Source: the human T2T-CHM13v2.0 reference genome, Homo sapiens. Taken from it: a DNA stretch of 64,000 bases. The position numbers and the translations under genes were made by a program. Positions 32,633 to 57,125 of the stretch are shown here, one piece after another (the stretch's first letter is position 1; every line of letters starts with the position of its first letter). The stretch is from assembly GCF_009914755.1 (NCBI RefSeq), contig NC_060933.1; one strand, 5' to 3'. A model generated the notes under the pieces. It made no database searches and was not told the DNA's origin. It saw only the letters and a list, made by a program, of their open reading frames with translations.

Positions 32633-33070
32633 TGTTAAAATAAAAACTTAGACAAATTAAATTTAACAGAGTTTAATTGAGCAAGAAAAAAAAAAAAAAA
32701 AAAAAAAAGACTCATGAAATCAGGCAGCTCCCAGAGTCAAAATGGATTCAGAGACTTGGGCTGCCACATGGTCAGATAAGATTTATGGACCAGAAAAAGG
32801 AAAGTGATACACAGAAAACAGAAGTAAGGTAGAGAAACAGCTGAATTGGTTTATACCTCGACCTTTGCCTTATTTGAAGACAGTTTGAATAGTTGGCCAC
32901 CTGTGAGTGGTTGAAGTAAGGCTGGAGTGGTTGGCTGAGCCATTGTTATAGAAGCACACTCCTCAGTTACGTTTTCAGTTTGTTATGTACTAAGATTGTA
33001 GTTCATTTCTAAGAACTGAAGTAGGTGAGTACGTATGCTTTCTCAGGCTAAATTTTAGTTTGATTTCAGA
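32633..33070 (-). mobile_element. 3' LTR (MER101-like)
   Basis: 'tgttaaaataaaaacttagacaaattaaatttaacagagtttaattgagcaa...ttttagtttgatttcaga'; homologous to 40573-40991. Confidence 0.88.
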
Positions 33071-33566
33071 ATTCCACCTGTTTGGTCGGCCTCTCAGTTT
33101 TGAGAGATTAACCTAAATTCTGAGCATGGGCACCACTCTCATTACAGTTGTAAATGACTCCTTTGTTCTGAGTATGGAATTCACAGATGACAATGTGAAA
33201 CTAGCTGAATAATTCTTTCTTACTTACCTAGTTGAAGTGAGACCATTCAACACTCAATAGATAGCTGCATACAAAACATTTAAGACGTGAGAAGACACAA
33301 GGCACCAGAGTTACTATTATGATGACTTCCAAGAGGATGATATCAAAAGAGCAAGGAGTTCACAAGCATTCTTATGAAACAAACCAAACCAAATGAAACA
33401 AGTCACAATTGAGGCAATATAGGCAGTTCAACAGTATTTGAGTCTAATTGGTCATAGTCCTTGTTCAGGGTCTGATGGTGATTAAGGACCACAGTTGCTT
33501 GTATAATGGCCTGATTGAAAGAGGTATTCATTTTCATTGTTAGCCTGGTAACACAAGTCATAATAA

Positions 33567-34000
<434 letters not shown>

Positions 34001-34747
34001 GTGTTCCCTTCTTTTAGGAGATTAATTTCCTTAGTATGTTTGGTGGCAGTATCTAAGGCTACCTTTTAAATTAAGCCTTCTGTAGTAACAAAATCAGGGG
34101 AGAGATACTCAGTTTTCCTCAGTACCAAATATAAGCCCCCAACTAGAGCAAAAAGGAGCCCTAAAGTTGCATGATGTTCCATTAAGTGTTTTGGTTGAAT
34201 GCATATATTGTTATCCACCTTTCAGAGAGGGACATCTACCCATCTGAACCCCTGGGAGGTCTGACTGTCTACAAAATCCAAGATTTTTCCCAATTTACAG
34301 ATTATCTTTAAATTCTATACAACTGATACCCCACTACTGCCAAAAGTGAGCCCCCAGGAGCCCCACCGGAGTTTCTTCTTAGTTGAAAATAGTTTATCTA
34401 TTTTAAGGTTGGGGGTAATTTCAGTTATTGATTATTTTGGCCTCTGATCCTAGGAGCTGTTATGGGAATTTGTAGGGGAAGCTATTTGAATGGCCGGAGT
34501 GAGCCAGGCTAAATAGCAACATCCAAACCAGACAGGAAGCAGATTTTCCTCAGACCCAATAGAAGCCCATGGGGATTGGAAAAGAGGGTTACCTAGTTGC
34601 ATTTGTGCAAGGGTCAGTTAAATTTATTTGTCTGTAAATCTGCATAGCTCCTGAACAAAGTTCAGTGGGTAATGTACTTTTTTGGGTTCGTTTATAGCAT
34701 GCGGTAAGGGTGTATAGCCACATTTAGTAAAAAAATGACCCTACTGG

Positions 34748-35055
34748 ATTTTTTTTTCTTTTCTTTTTTTTTTTTTTGAGACAGTTTTGCTGTGTCGCCC
34801 AGGCTGGAGTGCAGTGGTGCGATCTCGGCTTACTGCAACCTCTGCCTCTGGGCTCAAGCGATTCTCTGCCCCAGGCTCTGGAGTAACTGGGACTACAGGC
34901 GCCCAGCACCATACCTGGCTAACTTTTGTATTTTTAGTAGAGACAGGGTTTCACCATGTTGGCCAGGCTGGTCTGGAACTCCTGACCTCAAGTGATCTGC
35001 CCACCTTGGCCTCCTAAAGTGCTAGAATTACAGGCATGAGCCACTGTTCCCAACC
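34748..35055 (-). mobile_element. AluS inside env
   Basis: Antisense dimer with TSD cctactggattt. Confidence 0.92.
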
Positions 35056-36135
35056 TCCTACTGGATTTAATCTGGTAACATTATACAAGCAATTACTTGT
35101 ATCCATATAGCTAATTCCCAGGTCTCAAGTGCGTGATGTCTAGAAGCACAATATACCTTTTGCAGGCATCACTTGGATAGGTTTTCTATGTTTGGTAACA
35201 ACCAGGTTATTCATTGGAAAAGTTAAAGTGCTGTTTCTAGCGAGTGCAGGAAAGCAAATGAAGCAGTCATTTTTAGAATATCAAGGATAGGTTTCCACTC
35301 CCTCCTCCTTTGGAGTTTGAATCACTGCCATTGGGAACATGGAGAGGCATCAATGGAATTGTTTTCTGATTTTTTGGCATTTGCCCACAAACCCAACAGT
35401 TACTCTGGTTTTGTGCTAGAACATAAGGTAGAGCTAATGCCATCTAGTGATTATGGTCCCATGGATTTTCCTGTAGGAAAAAGGAAAGTATTGGGATAAA
35501 AGATTAGAGGAAAAAAGCAAAAAGCACAAGGCTTTCATAATGGCAGAAAAGTCTTGATCTGTGATCTTGGGAAAGCTGTCCGCATCTAGGATGCTGTCCA
35601 CTTTCGGGGAGAAGTATTCCTGGTCAGCTTTACCTTAAAGTCTCCAACAGGTGTTCTAAGAGTCTGAAGGGGCCCTTTTGTGTTGTGAGATGTGGACCCA
35701 AGGTTACAGGTGTGGGTGTGAGAAGAACTTGGTGTGGTCCTTTCCAACAGGGTTCAAGGGCAGTCTTCCTCTGATGTTATTTCCCGAAGACCCAATTTCC
35801 AGGCTCTAGACCATGAAGGATTTGATTGTACTTAGTCAGTGGATCACAAAAAGCTTCCTGTACCTGGTAAAAATACACTTTGGCATAATGCATTAAAACC
35901 TTGCGTTATTTAGTCATATCAGAGTTTAGGAGAGTGGAACATCCATTAGGTTCTACTATTAGGGGCATACGTTTCCAGTGACTATTTCATAAGGGGCCAA
36001 CTTATGTTTTCCAGTGGGAGTGGATCTGATTGCCATTTAATGCCAACAGTAGTACCTTTGGCCAAGACAACCCAATTGGCTCAGCTAACTTTGCCAATTT
36101 CAGTTTTAAGATACCATTTGTTCTTTCAGCCTTTC

Positions 36136-36762
36136 TGTAACTGCCCAGTGGGTTCCCCTTGCCCACTGCCTAGACAGAGCTGATTTATCAAGACAGGGGA
36201 ATTGCAATAGAGAAAGAGTAATTCACGCAGAGCTGGCTTTGTGGGAGACCGGAGTTTTATTATTACTCAAATCAGTTTCCTCAGCATTCGAGGATCAGAG
36301 TTTTTAAGGGTAATTGGGTGGGTGGAAGAACTCAGCTGTCTTCTTGTGCTGAGTCAGTTCCTGGGTGGGGACCACAAGATCAGATGAGCCAGTTTATCAA
36401 TCTGGGTGGTGACAGCTGATCCAGGGTCTGCAAAATATCTCAAGCACTGATCTTAGGAGCAGTTTAGGGAGGGTTGGAATCTTGTAGCCTCCAGCTGTAT
36501 GACTCCTAAACTACAATTTCTAATCTTCAGGCTAATTTATTAGTCCTAAAAAGGCCGTCTAGTACCCAGGCAAGAAGGAGGTTTGTTTTGGGAAAGGGTT
36601 GTTAGCATCTTTGTTTTAAACTATAAACTAAGTAATTCCCAAAGTTAGTTCAGCATATGTGCAGGAATGAACAAGGACAGCTTGGAGGTTAGAAACAAGA
36701 TGGAGTTGGTTAGCTCAGATCTCTTTCACTGTCTCAGTTATAATTTTGCAAGTGTGGTTTCA
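36136..36762 (-). mobile_element. Solo LTR8 (ERV1) inserted in the integrase
   Basis: TG...CA ends; 'tgtaactgcccagtgggttccccttgcccactgcctagacagagc'; perfect 4-bp TSD tttc (36132-36135 and 36763-36766). Confidence 0.88.
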
Positions 36763-37651
36763 TTTCCAGAAGACTGAGGGTGATAAAGGCAATGGTAGTA
36801 TCACTGCATCCACAACACCTTATTTAACTGCTTTTAACTTACCCAGTAAAATGAGTTTCCCTATCTATAGCTGGAGATTTCTCCAGGAATACCCCATAAA
36901 GGAAAAACATTTTCTAATAATTTCTTAGCTGCTGGCACAGCACCAGCTTTTCTACAAAGAAAGACTCGATTTGACCAGAAAACATACAAACTATTACAAA
37001 AACTGATACCTCAGCAAGGGCGATAACTGAATAAAGTCCATTTGTAAATGTTCAAATGGTCCATCAGATGGTGGAAATATACTATCTGAAGTTTTTATTG
37101 TTTTCCTCGGATTATGAGTTTGGTAAATCAAACATTGGTTGTAACCCATTTTAGCAGTTTTGGAACATATACCTCACCAATTTTTTTTATAATTTGGATC
37201 ATTTTGTGTGTTCCATGATGAGTTGTGGAGTGCAGGCCTTTTAACAACGGAAGCTTTAAAGACTCAGGAAGGACCAAGTGGTTGTCAGGCCCTTTGTGAA
37301 TCCACGCTTAACATTGAATTTACATTTTTTTAGATACCAACTTTGTTTTTCCAAATTAAATGCATTGCACTGTTTATTAAATAGATCACCGTATGGGAGT
37401 TGATTTGGATCAGTCTTATGGAGTTCATTCAGATTGCATATTCTCACAGTGTCAGCACTAGCTGATTTAACGTGCACATCGGCTAGGGCATTCCTTTGAT
37501 ATTCAGATTCAGTTTTACAGGTATCATCTTCAATCTTAATCATAACCATCTGTGATGATAACAGTGTTAACAGGATAGCTGAAAGGAGTTCATCTAACTG
37601 GAGTCCCACTAGAAGTGAGAAACCCCTATTGTTTATTTTTTAATAATGTAA

Positions 37652-37990
<339 letters not shown>

Positions 37991-38649
37991 CCATTGTTTC
38001 CATAACGTGCCAAAATTGTGTACTACTCTAAAAGCATATCTGCTATCTTTTTAAATATTTACTGATGTGTCCTTAACTATATGACAAGCTTGGGTGGGAG
38101 CAAAAAGCTCTGCCAGCTGAGCGGACTTAAATTGAGGAAGAGTTCCCTTCTCTATTAACTCATTTTGGGCAGTAACAACATACCCTGCCTGATATTTTCC
38201 TTCTGAGACTTTGGCATAGGACCCACGAACAAAAAGTATCAACTCAGGATTATCCAATGGAGCATCTCATAAATCAACACAAGGGGCTACTAGTTTGGAT
38301 ACTACACCTACACAATTGTGATCTTTACCACAGTCAGTCAGAGGTAATGGAGTAGCAGGGTTAAGTAGGTTTTAGATGGAGTAGCATTTTAGATGGAGGT
38401 CAGAAGGAGGCAGGAGAAAATTTCATAAGATCATAAGATGTTAGTTTTCTTGCTGAAAAATGCTGAGCTTGGTTGGAATTTAGTAGACTTTCCACAGCAT
38501 GTGGAATTTGCAAATTAAGTTCATTCCCTAAAACCAGCTCAGATGAAACTTGTAGCAACTTGGTGGCTGCTGCTGCTTCTATTTTTTTTTTTTTTTAAGA
38601 CACAGGATCTGTCTTAGGCTTCCTTTAGTGGTGAAACAGTGTGGCCTAA

Positions 38650-40306
<1,657 letters not shown>

Positions 40307-40572
40307 TATCAAAAAGTTACTTATCTGAAGTCTGGGGCTTCTAAATTCAATCTGATGCTATACCCAGTGCAGTATAAATACTGCTTACATCAACTCAGGG
40401 AGCTGAGAACACAAGTCAGTGGAGCTTGGGATTTGAGAGAAAACTCACCCACAAACCTCCAGTTACAAACAAGAGAGCGCACACAATTGGCTCTGCAGGT
40501 GCCCCGCTTCGTTGCCTGCTGTTCCAAGGAGTCACTGGAATTGTACTTCACTCTTCACTTCTACTCCAGATC

Positions 40573-40991
40573 TGATGAAAGAAAAACTTTAGACACATTT
40601 AACAGAGTTTAATTGAGCAAGGAAAAAAATGATTTGCAAATTGAACAGCCTTCAGAATCAAAACAGATTCAGAGAAACTTTGGGGCTACCACATGAGCAG
40701 ATAAGATTTATGGACCAAAAAAAGAAAAAGGAAAATGAGGTACATAAACAGCTGGACTGGTTCCAGCTTGACTTTGCCAGTATGTTAAGGGAGTTTGAAC
40801 AGTTGGCTGCCTGTCAATGGTTGAAGTGTGGCTAGAGTGATGGGCTGAGGCTCAGCTTTTGTTACAGAAGAAACTCCTCAGGTTTTCAGTTTGTTACACA
40901 CTAAGTTAAGTTACAATTCAGACTGAAGAACTCAAGGAAGCAAGTATTAATACCAAGGCTTTCTCAGAACAAATTTTAGTTGGATTTAACA
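40573..40991 (-). mobile_element. 5' LTR (MER101-like)
   Basis: 'tgatgaaagaaaaactttagacac...ttttagttggatttaaca'; adjacent to the degenerate PBS. Confidence 0.88.
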
Positions 40992-41849
40992 GTATAGATC
41001 ATGATGTATTAGAGTAATAAAGTTCTAAGAATAAGTACCTCTAAGTATCAGAAAAATATATTTCTCTCATCTAACATAAGTTTATTCTTATGAGACAGTT
41101 TCAGTTGATGGCAGAGGATGTTAGTTTAAAATGTTAAACATAAGTTGAGGGTTGACCTAGAGATCTGAGAAATTGTATCTGACATACTGAAGACCATGTG
41201 AAGAGGATGAGCCAGGAGACCACACAGAATGGTGGGTATTGTGGGACCTCCATCCCCGTCAATATTCTGAAAACTGGGACCCAGAGCAAACTTCTGGCCA
41301 CCCCTTGATCCATCAGGACTAGACCCCAAGATAGAGTTTCCTCATGGGTTGCTTCTACCTTGACATTTCACGAGGGGCATCCCTGCTTCATGCGCACCTG
41401 CCTTGGAAGGCAGAGAGCTGCTTGGACCTGCCCTCTGGGTGTCTGTCCTCATCAGCACAAAGAAGCCCCAATCCGAAGCCTTTGCCCTCCTGATTCTGAG
41501 ACAGATGGCGAGAAGAAGAAACCATTAAATTCCTTCTAATAGCCCTGTTTACTTTTTCCTTTGTCTCAGATTGTTCCTTGATATCAGTGGGTACAATTGT
41601 TAACAAAAAACAATTAAGGGTGCTTACGTGAGACTTTGAAATTCAAACCCAAGATAGCTATTCTACCAGCTAAGGAATGAGTTTGTACGGAATTGGCCTG
41701 TGGTACCTCAGTGAGACTAGGAAAGTTGAAAATGAGATGCTGTTAGCCAGTAAGGATGTTCTGACCAAATACACATTAAGGCTAACTTGGCATAATCACA
41801 AACATGAAACACTACCACCAGGAAAGACTTGGGATATAAAGAGGCTGTA

Positions 41850-42750
<901 letters not shown>

Positions 42751-44157
42751 TTGTACTGAAAAATACAAATATATCCTATATTAGTTATTTACTGAATGCA
42801 CGTGGCTAAAGGGAAAAAGCATGGAGGAATACACACAGGAAGTTTTTATCAGCCAGGCCTGGTGCTGGCTGGTGTCACTCCTACTCGCATTCCTCAGCTA
42901 GAACTCACATGGCCACAGCTAACTGCAGGGGAAGCTGCGACATGTAGCCTAACACTTTGAGCCCAGGAACAAGAGGAGAATGTGAATTTTGCTGAGTAGT
43001 CTTCATCAAGCCAAAACCCATCCATAAGTGCCTACATGGTTTTGCATTCTTGGGTTAAGAACCACTGGAATAGACAGATCAAGTAGATAAAATACATGTA
43101 TAGTAATCATATTTTGCTAGCAGAATTGGAGTGTGTGGCCTAAACATTATTTTTTCTGATTTACAAAAGCTTTCTGTATGAAAAGTATTATAAAATAATA
43201 AAAATTAAATTAATTTGGTTGTATATTTAAAGAGTTGCCTTTATTGAAAAGGATATAATTGTATGAAATCAGGGCAGTGCCAGAAGATCGCAGAGTTCTC
43301 TGTTCAGTAACGAACAACTGACCCACCATTGTAAAATCCATATTTACTCTCTTGGTTCAGTGGCCAGGATTAGTATCAGTATGACCTGAGGTTAGTAGAG
43401 TACTACAAAAAAGGTGTTGGTAAAATTAAAACCACAAAGCTTTGTGGACAATGGAGAGGTCTGTATGGAACCCAAGGGTGAAAGCAATAGAAAATTGATG
43501 AAAAAGCTAGCCCAAAGGAGAAGCAGAAGCCAGGGCATCTGTCAGGTGCTGGGCAGTGAAATTTCCTAGCTACTTTCTAAAGTACACAAAGAAAATAGAG
43601 CCAGGGACCAGGTGTGCTGTGTTGGGTGTGTGAACATTCCTGAGACGTCCATAAGCTGATTTATAAAAACTTAGTCTTAATGCTTTAGAAAAGATACCTA
43701 TATAATTACGCCTACAGAAAAGGTTAAAAAATCCTTTTTATTCATGTGGTTTTATAAGCCTAAGCATTTACCAATGTTCTTGAAGAAGATTGTCACACTA
43801 GTTTATGTTACATATTTAAGAAGGCAAACTTGTGATAATTTTTAAAATTCAGAATATAAATGGCTCACTATGAATTTTTTTCTTTTCAAATTTTTTGCAA
43901 CAAACATATTAGTTTCTGAGTTAGCATTAAGAAAAATAAAAAGATAATATTATGCAAGATTTTCTTAGAAAAAGTGTTTAGACTGATTTCCTACAGTTTG
44001 ATTGTTTTCTGTTACTTTGCATTCTTGAATTGTTGTGGAACAGTGCAGTCACATTTTATGCAAGGTTTGTACAACATTTTAAATTAAGCTCATAAGTCTA
44101 AAAATCCCAATAGTTGCAATCATCCTGAAAATTCTTTAAAGTACCCACAATATATAC

Positions 44158-44291
44158 TATATATGGGTTTGTATATATAAATCTGTTGCTTAATATGAAT
44201 GTGTAATATAGATTAAAATACAGTTATATATGGGTTTGTATATATAAATCTGTTGCTTAGTATGAATGGGTAATATAGATTAAAATACAGT
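44158..44291. repeat. 67-bp tandem duplication (2 copies)
   Basis: 44158-44224 versus 44225-44291: 65/67 identical. Confidence 0.95.
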
Positions 44292-44395
44292 CCATAATGA
44301 AATATACATGCCAAGTGTTGTTTCATGGTACTATTTAAATTATTAGTCTCTGTTTCATTGTTATGAGTGGGCGTAGTTTAACTCATGTCAGGTAA

Positions 44396-44833
<438 letters not shown>

Positions 44834-45629
44834 TTACCTCTGATGCCTGTAAGATGGGGCTTCTACTACTTACTTCTTAAGTTGGATTAAAGATGAAGTG
44901 AAATGACATAAACTCTAAAGTGCTAAACCTATCAAGAGGCTGCTACTAGATTGAGAGTGTTGGGAGGGCAGGTACCATGTCAGTGTTACTGCTATTGCAT
45001 TTTCATAAGTTTTTGCTGGAAGTCACATTGGAAGACCAAATCAGTGAGATAACTCGGTCCTCTCTTTCCTGTCCACGGGCAGACAGGACAGATAGACCTG
45101 TGCACAGAGTGGTGTCAACATATCTGAAGTAATGAAAGCAAATTAGGCTTTTTTTTTCTGAAACTTCAGTCCATACAGAGAACCTAGGGCTGCGCATGTT
45201 TAAGTGAAACAAGCCTCTACAGAAATTCAGTGTAAACACTGGAAATTTCCTTCATTAGGCAGTGAGCAGTGGGTTTTATTGGGAAAGGATTTGTCATGTT
45301 GAAAGCTATCCAAGTATAAGGCCATTGTTTGCTTTGACTATTGAAAATATGTTTGTTCACTAAACTTTCACCTTTTTATCCAATATTACATCTTAAAAAG
45401 AGGATTATTTTAATTATAGTAGCACCTAACTAATTTGATAAGTGACAAGTCAAGGAGTGAAAATGAAAATAAGCGAGAAAATCTCTCCATAACAGCTGAG
45501 GTGACTGTGTCAACCAATTATAGTTTTATTCTCTTCTCCACAAAATGAGACTTTAAACATTTTGTCCATAGTGACCTCAAGTGATGTGAATCCAAGGAAT
45601 AAATTGAGATGGAATCATGAAGAACCTTA

Positions 45630-45632
<3 letters not shown>

Positions 45633-45677
<45 letters not shown>
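45633..45677. repeat. (GT)n microsatellite
   Basis: About 22 perfect GT units. Confidence 0.97.
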
Positions 45678-49780
<4,103 letters not shown>

Positions 49781-50064
49781 CTCAAAACACCCAGAAGTTG
49801 GCTACATAGAGCTCGCTGGAAGAAGCAGGCCCAGAAAGGGGCAGATTAAGAGACAGACATGTTAGTGACAGCCATAAATTCTCTGAGTGGAGCAAGAAGG
49901 AAGAGTGAGGGCTGAGGATAGTTTCTGTGAGATGGCCTCATTTGGAGGGTGAAGAGAAAAGAAACCATGGAGCAGGTGCTGACTTCTGTGTAGAGTGAAG
50001 GTGCTATTGTCCTGTTGTCATTTGGCTAACTAGAATGTTTTATGCTGTTTTCTTTTTCTTTCTA

Positions 50065-50335
50065 TTATTTTTTAAAGAGGGAGGGTCTTGCTCTGTCACT
50101 GAGCCTGGAGTGTATTGGTACCAGAATGGCTCACTGGAGTCTTGAACTCCTAGGCTCAAGCAATCCTCCTGCCTCAGCCTGTCAAGTAGGTAGGACTAGA
50201 GATACAGGCCACGTCACCTGACTAATTGTTTCTTGCTAGGTTGCCCAGGCTTGTCTTGAACACCTGACCTCAAGCAATCTTCCCACTTCAGCCTCCCACA
50301 GTGCTGGGATTCCAGGGGTTAGCTACCTCACTTGG
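50065..50335 (-). mobile_element. AluJ (diverged)
   Basis: 'gggtcttgctctgtcact...ggctcaagcaatcctcctgcctcagcc'. Confidence 0.85.
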
Positions 50336-52436
50336 ATGTTTTATGCTATTTTCTTGATATAGTGCCTCTCTCTGCTTTGTATAATCAAATATATGACAGA
50401 ATGATTGCATTTTTTAAGCCTTGAGAAGACCCTTATAGAAAACTGAGACCTAGAGTGTGAAATTACTTCACTAAGGTCACAAGACTGTGACGTGGTAGAA
50501 TGGCAACTGAACTCTAGAGTATTATTTTCTCTTAGCTTTTCTCTTGTTGCTCCAGCAGTCATTTATTGAACACCCTTTTGGGTGCATTATAGGATAGAAG
50601 GGAACATAAGACACTCAAGTTGCTTATAGTTTTACCGGGAAGATAAAGACACAGGAAATAGCCAGGTAGCAGTGTAAGGCCCATTGGATGGCATGCAGAA
50701 TGAGTCTAGTCAGTGAGGGCACGGGAGGAGTGAAGGAGGGGTCAGGAAGGGCAGGTGGCCTGGTTTCATGGATGAGTCCAGACTCGAGCCTGAAAAGGTA
50801 AGTATAAAATGAGGAAATGAGAAGACATTTGAGAAAAAGAGGTATATAAGCCAGGTTTTTAACAACCTACATGTCAAATCCTGTTCTTTCTTATTGGCTC
50901 ATTTTGCCATGCATCCCTATAAAACTAATGATTTAGTAGTCAGTCTTGTGCTTGTGTGAGGAGAGGCTTTCCAGAGCCAGTTAACCTCAGAAACATAAAC
51001 CCATTGAATACAGACAGCATTCATTCATTCAGCCTACCTTTACTGAACAACAGCTATGTACCAAATACAATACCAGGTGTTAGAGTTAGAAAATGAACAA
51101 GACAGGTCTCTTTCTCTTAAGAAACCAATAATACAGAAATAACATTATTCTCTTCTTAGAAAGAAAAATGTAAAATGTGTAATTGTCTGCTTTATAAACT
51201 GACAGTTCATGGAACATTTGTAGAAATTAATCACATTGGAAGACTTGCTAAAAATGTCAATCAGTTCCTCAAAAGTAGAAATAAGACTATCTTTGGTCAC
51301 AATGCAGTAAGGTAATAAAATGAGGAAATAATAAAAGAAGAACAATTTATCCCTCTTCTACTAAAACCTCTCTGAACTTTTGGGTCAAAGAATAAATTAA
51401 CCCCAAAATGCAGAATATCTAGAAAACAATATATAGCTCAATCTATGGAATGCCACCAAAATTGTTCTTGATGAAAAATGTATAGTCTAACATCACTTCT
51501 GAGGTTAGAAAACAACAATAAAATCAACCTACAGAATGCAAAAGAAAGAAAGATCAAAGCAGATATGAATTAATTAGAAGATATGAGAGAAAAACCAGAA
51601 TTGACAAATACAAAAGTTGATTTATTGCCAAAACCAATAAAACAGAGATAACATTGGCTAACTGCATTAAGAGGGGAAAGAGAAAAACTCACTAATCCAG
51701 AGGATTAGAAATCATAAGTGACAAATAGTAACAGATGCAGAGGAAATTAAAAGAATCATATATAGTACTTTGTGAACTTTTCAGCAAAGAATTTTGACAA
51801 TCTGACTGAAATAAATGATTTTCTAAGAACATATGAGTCACCAAAAATTGATACCGAATGAATTATTAGACAACCTAAGTAAACAATACCCATGGAAGAA
51901 AGTTAGCAAAGAATTTTTCCTGGAAAAACACCAGACCCACAGAGTTTCTTTCATAAGTGAATTTGCTCAAAATTTCAATAAACAGGTCAGTTCTAACTGT
52001 AAAGATATTTTCATAGAAAGGAAGGCTTTCAAATTATGTTTATGACCAGCAAAATACTAATGCCATAACCTGACAAGTTAGACAGAACAATAACATACTA
52101 TAAGCTACTCTTATTTGTAAATATCAATGTAAAAATAACAAACAACATACATAACTCAATAACATATCAAAAGCATGATAAACCCAAACTAGATGGGTTT
52201 TATCCTAAAAGTGTAAGGATGGTTCCATCTTAAGAAATGTGTTAGGAAAACTTATATTTATAGGTCAAATATGTCAAAACTCAGTAGTTGCAAATAAGGC
52301 AGTTAGCAAAATTCAATAATATTTCTAATAAATACTTCTAGAGAAAATAGGACGAAGTGATATTTCTTTAATGTTATGTAAACTCTCTCTCTGTGTGTTT
52401 GTGTGTGTGTGTATTTGTAATCAAAAGGCAGCATGA

Positions 52437-52778
52437 GGCTGGATGTGGTGGCTCACACATGTAATCCCAGCACATTGGAAGGCCGAGGCAGGAGGATTGC
52501 TTGAGTCTGGGAGTTTGAGAGTAGCCTGGGCAACATAGCAACACAGTGAAACCTCATCTCTACTAAAAAAAAATAAAATAAAATAAAAAAAAAAAAAATA
52601 GCTGGGCATGGTGGTGTGCACCTGTAGTCCCAGCTGCTCAGGAAGCTGAGGTAGAAGGATTGCTTGAACCTGGAAAGTCAAGGCTAAAGTGAGCTGTGGT
52701 CATGCCACTGCACTCCAGCCTAGGTGACAGAGCAAGACCCTGTCTCACACACACAAAAAGGAAAAAAAAAAAAAAAAA
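52437..52778 (+). mobile_element. AluJ
   Basis: Full dimer with an expanded A-rich linker. Confidence 0.9.
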
Positions 52779-52878
52779 GCTAGCATTATATTAGTAATGA
52801 AACAACAAAAGAAAATTCTATTTAAAGTTAAGATTAAAACAAGACAAGGTACCTACCATCACCATCACTATGTAATAA

Positions 52879-53371
<493 letters not shown>

Positions 53372-55091
53372 TTCTAGACAATACTAATAGATAAATGAAA
53401 GAAATTAGAGGTAGAATTATTGAAAGGAGGCAGCAAAATTATCATTATTTTCGGAGGATGCATAGGAAAACCAAGATGATCAACTGAATGGAAAATAGAA
53501 ACAATACAACTCGATAAGATGGATGGTTACAAAATAAACTTCTTAAAAATCATTCATTTTCTGATTTACAAACAAACAGTTATAATGGAAGAAGAGCTCC
53601 CATTTAGAAAAGCACAGAAAAGAAATGCTTATGAGTCTATATGATATGAATAAATTATGGAATGAATAAATAAGAATCTCCTGTACTGAATTCCAAATAC
53701 TGCATGTAGATGCTCCCCTTCCGAGGAGATGGGACATAATGCCCTGCCTCTTAAGTGTGGACTGTGTATAGTGACTTCCTTCCAAAGGTCACAGTAGGGA
53801 AAGTGGGGGGAAAGAATAACGTTACAGTGGAGAAACCTGACAGACTGGACTGCTGCTTCTGCGGGGTGATCAAGGTTAGCATCAACAGTGATGTCATGTT
53901 GATAGCAGGTTCCTTGATGTGATGTGATGAGAACGCACTTTATATCTCTATTCTTTTTCCTAAAAACCTATAACCCATGTCTAACTGAAAAATCTCAGAC
54001 AAACCTAAATTGAAGGACATTCTGTAAAGTACTTGACCATTACACCTTAAAACTGTCAAGGTCATCAAAATCTAGGAATGTCTGAGAAACTGTCTCAAGC
54101 AAGAGAAGCCTAAGGAGACATGAAGACTAAATGTTATGTGGTATTCTGGTAAAAACTAAGGAATTCGGAGTGAACTACAGACTTTAATAATGACATATTA
54201 ATATTGGTTAATTGTATTAGCATTGTACATTTTGACAAATGTCTCAACTTTTGTGGGTTTTTTTTTTTTTTTTGGTTTTTGGTTTTAACTTTTGTGTTTC
54301 TAAAACTAAAGTAAAATGTTTATTTAAATTAAAAAGCACCAAAATTTGAATGTGAAACATAAGGTGTATAGTTTGTCCTCAGTAAATTTCCCTGGTCATG
54401 TACATGTAAATATATATTTTTGGAAAGGTTTAAAAAAGTCATCTGAAAAAATAAATGTGAGGATGAATGGGAAAAAATTTTGAAGAGTAATGATGAGGGG
54501 TTCTATTATATTTCTATCTAAAACATGTTATAAAGATATATTAATCAGAATAGTTTGTTGCTTGAGAAGTTAAATTAAGCCCTTGAAATGTAAAAGAATA
54601 AAACTCAAAAATAAAGTCAAATACATTCAGATTTTTTTATATGATGAAATGAGCATTTCAAATCAATGAAGAAAAGATGGACTGATCAATAAATGTTATT
54701 GAGACATCCGATTCACAATTTGGAAATTTAGCTGCATACCATATTTCTTTCACCAAAATAAATTCCACATCAAATATTAAATAAAAAAAAGCACATCAAA
54801 CCACAGTAGGAAACAAACATGAGTAAATAAATGCATTCTTGATATGTGGGAAACTTTTTAGAGTCAGAAAGTAAAATTCAAAAGCTTTAAAGAGAAATAG
54901 TGATAAAACATGTTTAATAAAAACTTCAAACTTCTAATTGAAAGAAATACAAAAAGAAATACAACAAATGAAAGGGGGTGTAGACAAATAAAGGGCTAAG
55001 TTTCTTATTTTATCAAGTGTTCTAACAAATGTTTTAATAAAAATCTCTCTCCCCAAATAAAAATTAACTCATTAGTAAAGCTGGCAAATGA

Positions 55092-57125
<2,034 letters not shown>

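Noticed and set aside
44158-44291. Direct repeats as a CRISPR-like array
   Set aside because: Two adjacent copies with no spacer, in mammalian DNA; no cas genes.
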